Below, in pieces: positions 57,663-64,000 of a DNA stretch of 64,000 nucleotides (position 1 is its first letter; each line of letters opens with the position of its first letter). A program made the position numbers and the translations under genes. The DNA is from an uncultured Candidatus Bathyarchaeia archaeon (lineage in GTDB: Archaea > Thermoproteota > Bathyarchaeia > Bathyarchaeales > Bathycorpusculaceae). The stretch is taken from positions 10,778-74,777 of the forward strand of contig CAZCRE010000001.1 in NCBI GenBank assembly GCA_964501075.1, given 5' to 3'. The notes beneath the pieces were generated by a model. That model was not told where the DNA came from, made no database searches, and saw nothing but the letters and a program-made list of their open reading frames with translations.

Positions 57663-58706
57663 ATGCAACGCACAACTGGCAAATTCACGTTGAATGACCT
57701 AGCAAAATACCCTTTCCTCAAAGAAGCCACAGAGCACGTTAAGAAACTAGACGTGAAGATCGAGGACTTGGTAAATCCCGACCTCGCGAATGTTGTTGAA
57801 CGCGCTGAGGAAAGAGTTGAAGAGGCAATTCTATACACGCTAGTGAGTAGAAGGCAACGAAACGAGGAAGTCGAGATTCTCTCATTTCCAGTTGCAACAA
57901 TGCTTGTAGTTGCTACCGAAAATTCATTCATTAAGAAAAGATACGCATTAGCTGAAGCAAAACAAGTATACACTGATTTATCACTTGAACCCAAAGAGAA
58001 GATAATGGCGATTGCGGAGAACTTTGGGTGGAAACTAGTGGCTAATGATCGTGCTGACATGCCCTGCGAATTCTCGTTAAGCTTCGTGGACTATATCAGA
58101 AACACATCGAGCATGCACGAAGGAAAGTGGAAACTTGTCAACCGTTTGTTAGGGAAGGGAAATGTCTACCTGACAAAGAGCGAGACTGCGAGGCTGCTTT
58201 GCGAAGAAATCCGCAAACACATTGAAGAACGACTGCAGGTTAGAGAGCAGCCCATCTTTCCAGCAAGGATCGCAGAGATCGCCGAGAAGATCAAGAAACT
58301 ATCTCTGGAGAAGATAGGGAAAGCGGAAATGGAAGGCTTTCCAAAAGAAATGGTCCAGACAGCATTTCCACCATGTATAAACGCTCTTTATCAAGCATTC
58401 ACCTCTGGCAGGCACCTCTCACATGTGGGCAGATTCACACTTACTTCCTTCCTCGTTAACGTAGAAATGCCACCTGCGAAAGTGATCGAATTATTCAGAA
58501 ACTTCTCGGATTTCAGCGAAAAAATGACCCGTTACCAAGTGGAACACATCGCGGGAGAGAAAGGATCAAGAACAAGCTACCTTCCACCAAAATGTGATAC
58601 GTTGAAGACACATGGCATCTGTGTGAACCCTGATGGTTTGTGCGAGGGAATTAGGCATCCGCTGGCCTACTACAGGCGAAAACTGAGGTTTACGAGGAAA
58701 ATTTGA
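57663..58706 (+). CDS. priL: DNA primase large subunit PriL
   Basis: FPPC...HLSHVGRF...YLPPKCDTLKTHGICV..DGLC Fe-S cluster cysteines and overall PriL layout. Confidence 0.85.
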   Translation: MQRTTGKFTLNDLAKYPFLKEATEHVKKLDVKIEDLVNPDLANVVERAEERVEEAILYTLVSRRQRNEEVEILSFPVATMLVVATENSFIKKRYALAEAKQVYTDLSLEPKEKIMAIAENFGWKLVANDRADMPCEFSLSFVDYIRNTSSMHEGKWKLVNRLLGKGNVYLTKSETARLLCEEIRKHIEERLQVREQPIFPARIAEIAEKIKKLSLEKIGKAEMEGFPKEMVQTAFPPCINALYQAFTSGRHLSHVGRFTLTSFLVNVEMPPAKVIELFRNFSDFSEKMTRYQVEHIAGEKGSRTSYLPPKCDTLKTHGICVNPDGLCEGIRHPLAYYRRKLRFTRKI

Positions 58707-58750
58707 AAACACTTGTTGGAGAGTAGCTTTTATATAGCAAGCACTAATAA

Positions 58751-59527
58751 GTGGACGCTGTCGTTGGAAGGGGAAGAGTAGCAATGGAACGTTCGCCGGT
58801 AGAGGGGAACCTTGAAATAGATTCAGATGTCGGAGTGATCCTCCCCACATACTGTGAAGTGGCGAATATTGAAAGAATAGTTCAGGAAATCGAGAACCTG
58901 AATCTGAACACTACCATACTTGTCATAGATGATTCGAGCCCAGATCGGACAGCTGACACAGTAAGAGCTCTTCAGAAGAGATACGAAAACGTGTTGCTTC
59001 TTGTAAGACCTAGAAAGTCAGGACTTGGAACTGCAATAACTGACGGGTTTAGGGTGTTTTTATCACTTCAAAATCCTCCTAAGTGCATTGTGACGATGGA
59101 TGCTGACTATTCGCACAATCCTAAGGAAATACCAAGATTGATAGCCCCGACGCATGACGCCTATGACCTTATAGTTGGCAGCAGGTACTATCGTGGAGGA
59201 AGCACCCAAGACTGGAGTATCGTGCGCCTAGCGATCAGCAAAATAGCAAACCTGATCACAAAATACAGGATTGGCGCAGGAATATCCGATTACACCAGTG
59301 GAATGCGGTGTTACTCGACGAAACTTGTCAGGAGCATGATAAGCGATCTACACAGTCAGACCTATGAAATACAGATCGAAACGATCAGACAGGCTAACCT
59401 GCGAAAATTCAGTATAATGGAAGTGCCTATAACCTTCGTAAACAGGAAAAAAGGAAAGTCAAAACTGAGCATAAACGAAATAAGAGATTTCCTTTCTTAC
59501 ATCGCGTCGCTCAACCGGAAGCACTGA
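58751..59527 (+). CDS. GT2 polyprenol/dolichol-phosphate mannosyltransferase-like glycosyltransferase
   Basis: VILPTY.E..NI, VIDDSSPDRTAD, MDADYSHNP and GSRY..GG motifs. The likely start is the ATG at 58784. Confidence 0.8.
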   Translation: MDAVVGRGRVAMERSPVEGNLEIDSDVGVILPTYCEVANIERIVQEIENLNLNTTILVIDDSSPDRTADTVRALQKRYENVLLLVRPRKSGLGTAITDGFRVFLSLQNPPKCIVTMDADYSHNPKEIPRLIAPTHDAYDLIVGSRYYRGGSTQDWSIVRLAISKIANLITKYRIGAGISDYTSGMRCYSTKLVRSMISDLHSQTYEIQIETIRQANLRKFSIMEVPITFVNRKKGKSKLSINEIRDFLSYIASLNRKH

Positions 59528-59963
59528 TGCTTAGATTTGCCGTGCATTGCGCAGTTCGAGTGTTTTCTTTGAATAGGTTCAGCAGGAATGCAAAGCTCTA
59601 GTCAGATGCGTTCTAAACTATGCCCTGAGAGCTTAAATCAAAATGCGTTTCACACTCTAGTCCTTGGGAAGAATAGCTAGACGTGAGATTCGTAAAGATG
59701 GAATGCAGCGAGTTTCTTTACCTCTTAGTCATACTTCACACTGTAATCTTCTCAGTCTCACAATTCTCAGGCACTACTCCTTCAAGACTGGTGCACGGGA
59801 TCTCGACATATTTACACAATCACTATGGCCATCCTGTTTGATGAAGTTTCTCTCCACGGTTGCGAACTTTTCATCAAACTCGCGCGGCAGCTTTTGCGTA
59901 ATGAGAGCGTATTTATAACGACGTGTTTAGAGTATAAGAATATAATATGAAGGATAGATCGTA

Positions 59964-61175
59964 GTGAAGATCCTTCTCGTGAGCAGAGGAGTATTTCCTG
60001 TCCCGGTCAGAACTGGTGCTGGTGCGGAGGCGCATATGTATAATATTGCTAATGCTATTGCAGAGCTAGGTCACGAGGTACACTATGTAGCAAACACCTC
60101 AGGAGAGACAAAATTCCATAAGAACATCATTTTGCACGAAACAAAAACATCAAAAATTCTTGCCAGCAGAAGCTTTTATGCCTGGGCCTTCTGCCATGCT
60201 TCGGGAAACGTCAAATCGTTCAGAGAAGCCTTAAAGACAGTCAAGAATGAAGCTCACGACTTTGATGTAATACACGGCCACGGGAACCTGTCAAGCTTGC
60301 TTCTCTCATACGTCAAAGGGAGAACCCCAGTGATCTATACCGTTCACGACACACCTCCATACAGTTGCAGTTACGGCTCAATGAAGGAGACAGTAATACA
60401 CAATGCATCATTCAGCCTGATTGACCTCGTGACTTGGCGCAGGATGGACCATCTGATCGCTGTGAGCAAGAATCTGAAAATGGAGATAATGAAGAAAGGA
60501 ATACCCTCAGGAAAGATCAGTGCGGTCTATAACGGTGTGAGCGTCGAGTTTCTTCAGGAGAATGACGCCGCAACCTCTAGGCGCGTCTTGCAGGAAAAAT
60601 ACGGAATAGCCAATAGTTTCTGCCTTTATGTTGGTAGACTCGATTGGAGGAAAGGCTTAGACTACCTGCTGTACGCTCTTAGAGCTACTGACTTAAAATG
60701 TGTCATAGTGGGAGATGGGCCAGAACGCGAGCATCTTTTTGCATTGGCCAAGGCCTTCGACTTGCATGATAGAGTTATCTTTGCAGGATTCGTGCCTCAG
60801 CATGATTTGAAGCATTTCTACGTTGCTGCAGATTTCTTTGTTCTGCCTTCGCTTGCTGAGGGGCTTCCTCTTGTCGTGTTGGAGGCCCTAGGGTCAGGAT
60901 GTCCAGTAATTGCATCGAATGTAGCTGGAACACCTGAAATAGTCTCAGATGGCTACAATGGATTGATCGTTCCCCCTAGAAACGCTAAGATCCTGTCGAA
61001 AGCGATACAGGAATTAACTCGTAACCCAGAGTTGCGTAGAAAGATGGGCCAAAACGCACGCCACACAGTCAACGCAAACTTTACGTGGGGAAGCGTTGCT
61101 AAAAGAGTTCTGAAAGTGTATGACGAAGTTTGCGCCCAAAGAGTCCAACCTAAGCAGATACAGGAAAGTTTCTGA
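59964..61175 (+). CDS. GT4 (group 1) glycosyltransferase
   Basis: MKILLVS...GG.E; the C-terminal EGLPLVVLEALGSGCPVIASNVAGTPEIVSDGYNGLIV is the E-x7-E region. GTG start. Confidence 0.85.
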   Translation: MKILLVSRGVFPVPVRTGAGAEAHMYNIANAIAELGHEVHYVANTSGETKFHKNIILHETKTSKILASRSFYAWAFCHASGNVKSFREALKTVKNEAHDFDVIHGHGNLSSLLLSYVKGRTPVIYTVHDTPPYSCSYGSMKETVIHNASFSLIDLVTWRRMDHLIAVSKNLKMEIMKKGIPSGKISAVYNGVSVEFLQENDAATSRRVLQEKYGIANSFCLYVGRLDWRKGLDYLLYALRATDLKCVIVGDGPEREHLFALAKAFDLHDRVIFAGFVPQHDLKHFYVAADFFVLPSLAEGLPLVVLEALGSGCPVIASNVAGTPEIVSDGYNGLIVPPRNAKILSKAIQELTRNPELRRKMGQNARHTVNANFTWGSVAKRVLKVYDEVCAQRVQPKQIQESF

Positions 61176-64000
61176 GATAACACGAGAAGAATCTGTTCGT
61201 CTTTCCGTTCTCTTCCTGATAAGCCTCCTACTCATAGTGGGCTATTTCGTAAAAGTCGGAAGCCTCGTCCAAGGAGTCGACTCCTTGATGTGGGTCACGA
61301 ATGCTGACTACTACAAAGGTTTCAACTGGCTTTTCTCTTGGTACGACAGAACCTCGCTTGGTTTCGCAAGAACCCCCACCTTGCTAGAAATGGCCTTAGG
61401 GCTAGCTACAAATGTATTGGATCCGTCATGGGCGTATCGATTTGTTCTTCTATTGATCGTTCTCATGGCGAATTTGGGATCTTACCAATATATCAAGCAT
61501 TTGACAGGTAGCTCAAATGCAAGCCTCGTCGGAGCGTTCTTCTACGTCTCAAACCCATGGTTTCTCCATGAAATAACGGATGGGCACATTGACATTCTGG
61601 CCGCCGTAGGGCTATTTCCATGGCTGCTCTTGGTGACGGAGAAAAGGAAACTAATCATGACGGCAATCGTTGCATCTGTCTTTCTAACAGCGGCTCACCC
61701 TCAAGGCATATATGCTTTCGGATTCATATTCATCGCATATCTGATTGCGACTTTGCGAGTAAACAGGCGGGATGTTTCTTCTTTTCTATCAGTCTCGGCG
61801 CTTACTCTCGGTTTGTCCATGTTCTATGTGGAACCCTTTGTACTCGTGAACGGGTTCGGGGGATTCTCAGGGTTGAAACTGTGGGTCATAGAAGATATAT
61901 CCGAGTTTATAATGCCTCTGTGGCTTGTAATCTTGATCTTTGGTTCAGTTTTGTTTGCCTCGATCTTGGTTCTGAAGCACGCAAGGGACCTTAAACATTC
62001 ACTGTTCTTCGCTGTTGCAGCCGTCCTCACAGCGTTTCTTGCATCAACCCCGACTCTACCCTCATTGGACGGCATCTACTTGTGGATGTTTCGCAACCTG
62101 CCCTTCTTCTCAATTTTTAGAGTGCCGTCAAGATTCCTGATGATTACGACGCTCTGCGTCGCCTGCATGATTGGGATGCTTGCAAGCAGAACGCGCATCA
62201 TGAAGACTGCAGTGAAGATACCGTTCTGGAATAAGAGGGTACGGACGGACAAGACATGCAAAACAATCATCGTGGTCTTAGTCGTGACGACGTTTATCAT
62301 AGGCTCCTTCGCAACTAAGGAGCCATGGTTTGGAAACTACACACCTGATCCTGAATGGATCTCGAACTACCAGTGGCTCAGAATCCAGCGCGGCGATCTT
62401 GGAATCGTATATACGCTGCCTGTGACAAGCGGTTGGATACCTACACCTTATGGAACTACTCAGGACTATGGTGCTGTTAGTACACTCTTCTCAGGCAGAC
62501 CCGTAGTAGGTACACCGTCGCAAACGGCCGCCTCGTATCCCCTGCTAAAGTATCTGCAACGGTTAGTGCTAGATAATGCAACGGATCAATGGCTCAAACT
62601 CTTGGGTTCAATGAACGTAAAATATGTTACTTCTGGGCCTAACATCGGTGAACAGAAGGCGTTTGTTCCTAACCAAGAAGGTTTTGATACGAACAAGACT
62701 GTCTACGCGTACGAAGACGCTCAAGTATATGAGAATCCATACTGGACCCCTATGTTCAAGATCGTGCCTGGCGCAAATCTGTTAGTCGGTGGATACGATG
62801 ACCTTGATTCACTTCTACGCCTTTCGCTCAATCTCAGCAACTCAGCATTACGATTCCTGACCTCACAGGAAAACGTGAACCTTGTAGACTGCTCGTCTTT
62901 GATTTATGAAGACTTCATGGACTATCTCATGCTAACGATGGACCGGGCCCTGAGAATTCATGCTTATCGGTTTGGCGTAGACTACACAAGAGACCCTGCG
63001 AAGGATTGGATCAAAGAAGACCGCTGGAAGATCGGTGGCGCATTCGTGTTCAACGGTCTCACATTGTCAGTCAGTGGCACGCACTCACTCGTCATACCTT
63101 TCGAGTCAAACGAAGACGGAGAATATCGAGTGTTTGCACGGGTGTTGTCCGGTTCTGCCGGAGACAGGGGACATTTGACTATCTCAAACGTGACATTGCT
63201 GCCTCTATGGAGTTCTCACAGTTTCAAGTGGTACGATTTCGGGCAGACAGAGGTAGTGTACCATCAAGGCTCGCTTGCACTGAGTAATGAGGGAGGAAGA
63301 AACGACATAGATGAAATAGTCTTGGTCAAACAGAAGGACTTCAACGAACATACTGTCAACGTGTCAGAAGAACTGCGAGGCTACTCGGGGCAAATAGCCC
63401 TTTGTAACAAAGCTTCAAATGTATTCAATGTGTCCATGGAATCAGACTGGGAGGTTATTGAAGACCCGTTCAGCGGAGAAGTCCTCCACAGCTCGGGCTT
63501 TGCAGAATTGTCTTCTGGTCTAACGATCGGCGACGGCGAACCAACCTTTCCGCTCACAGTGCCTCCGCGCACCACAAATCTCATCATCACCTTCAGGGCG
63601 AAAACAGCTGGGAGCATCATCCTGCAGGTCGACAATGTGACAGCATCAAGCAGCAGGAAAAAAGGGTACAGTCTATACACTTTCTATCTACCTTCCCTTA
63701 CAGAGGGCCTCCACCACATTCACTTGCACTTCATGGGCGAAACGAGCATTGACTACATAGTGATATCCTCTCTGTCGAGAAATGGCATATCGATTGAGGA
63801 AGCCTTAGCCAACACTAGTAGTTACGGTAGAGTAGTATCGGTTCAGAAAGTGAACTCGGCAAAGTACGTCTTGAACGTTGAAAACACCAAGGCGGGGTCA
63901 TACTTGGTGACTTCAATCTCCTACGACGAGCGATGGAGAGGATTCATCGACGGAGTTGAAATCCGCCCTACAAGAATGAACGACGTTTTGCTGAGCTTTC
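61120..64000 (+). CDS. large polytopic membrane protein with extracytoplasmic C-terminal domain, YfhO/GT-C-like putative glycosyltransferase (3'-truncated by window edge)
   Basis: I read frame 1 codon by codon from the ATG at 61120 to nt 64000 and found no stop (>960 codons). It has about 10 or more hydrophobic segments in the first ~400 aa. The end, SYDERWRGFIDGVEIRPTRMNDVLLSF, resembles YfhO-type C-termini. It is absent from the ORF track because it lacks a stop. Confidence 0.8.
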   Translation, partial: MTKFAPKESNLSRYRKVSEITREESVRLSVLFLISLLLIVGYFVKVGSLVQGVDSLMWVTNADYYKGFNWLFSWYDRTSLGFARTPTLLEMALGLATNVLDPSWAYRFVLLLIVLMANLGSYQYIKHLTGSSNASLVGAFFYVSNPWFLHEITDGHIDILAAVGLFPWLLLVTEKRKLIMTAIVASVFLTAAHPQGIYAFGFIFIAYLIATLRVNRRDVSSFLSVSALTLGLSMFYVEPFVLVNGFGGFSGLKLWVIEDISEFIMPLWLVILIFGSVLFASILVLKHARDLKHSLFFAVAAVLTAFLASTPTLPSLDGIYLWMFRNLPFFSIFRVPSRFLMITTLCVACMIGMLASRTRIMKTAVKIPFWNKRVRTDKTCKTIIVVLVVTTFIIGSFATKEPWFGNYTPDPEWISNYQWLRIQRGDLGIVYTLPVTSGWIPTPYGTTQDYGAVSTLFSGRPVVGTPSQTAASYPLLKYLQRLVLDNATDQWLKLLGSMNVKYVTSGPNIGEQKAFVPNQEGFDTNKTVYAYEDAQVYENPYWTPMFKIVPGANLLVGGYDDLDSLLRLSLNLSNSALRFLTSQENVNLVDCSSLIYEDFMDYLMLTMDRALRIHAYRFGVDYTRDPAKDWIKEDRWKIGGAFVFNGLTLSVSGTHSLVIPFESNEDGEYRVFARVLSGSAGDRGHLTISNVTLLPLWSSHSFKWYDFGQTEVVYHQGSLALSNEGGRNDIDEIVLVKQKDFNEHTVNVSEELRGYSGQIALCNKASNVFNVSMESDWEVIEDPFSGEVLHSSGFAELSSGLTIGDGEPTFPLTVPPRTTNLIITFRAKTAGSIILQVDNVTASSSRKKGYSLYTFYLPSLTEGLHHIHLHFMGETSIDYIVISSLSRNGISIEEALANTSSYGRVVSVQKVNSAKYVLNVENTKAGSYLVTSISYDERWRGFIDGVEIRPTRMNDVLLSF

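Noticed and set aside
59528-59963. 436-bp gap with an 84-aa ORF (59664-59918) between two glycosyltransferase genes
   Set aside because: The ORF has no motif and a poor start context. I found no convincing RNA structure or small gene either, so it is left unannotated.
1-64000. Search for CRISPR arrays, rRNA genes, inteins in PolD/Cdc6/PCNA, and toxin-antitoxin pairs
   Set aside because: No regularly spaced direct repeats, no rRNA-like segments and no intein-like insertions were seen. The ArsR/MazG pair (19382-19950) is convergent and so is not a TA operon.

Overview
Archaeal chromosomal window, densely coded, with no rRNA and no CRISPR array. Most of it is housekeeping and information-processing genes. 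These include PolD small (DP1) and large (DP2) subunits, Orc1/Cdc6, PCNA, PriL, SRP54, Sec61beta, aIF5A, TFS, RpoF, RpoL, L21e, L10e, Alba, Elf1, Dph2, Pus10, Csl4, Nob1, KsgA and GGGP synthase. Metabolic genes include AhcY, SHMT, NadE, NadK, PEP synthase, a 4-subunit 2-oxoacid:ferredoxin oxidoreductase and aminotransferases. PolD together with Elf1 suggests a TACK/Asgard-type lineage, possibly Bathyarchaeia-like; this is inference only. The ORF track missed several things: (1) a replication origin next to orc1/cdc6 with three ORB elements around an AT-rich segment; (2) an intron-containing tRNA-Ser(CGA); (3) a C/D-box sRNA; (4) a 55-codon Sec61beta gene; (5) a >960-codon ORF that runs off the 3' edge. 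The standout is a 6.1-kb integrated element (49403-55523) inserted into the 3' end of tfs. It is bounded by 44-bp direct repeats (2 mismatches). Its tyrosine-recombinase gene is split by the integration itself (SSV-type), with Int(N) at the right end and Int(C) at the left end. Its cargo is a SIR2-like putative NADase with an unrecognised C-terminal domain, a DUF559 endonuclease-like gene, a structured 436-bp non-coding spacer and a beta-propeller surface protein. This is my best candidate for an undescribed mobile or defence system. All functional calls rest on motif recognition by eye; no database search was run.
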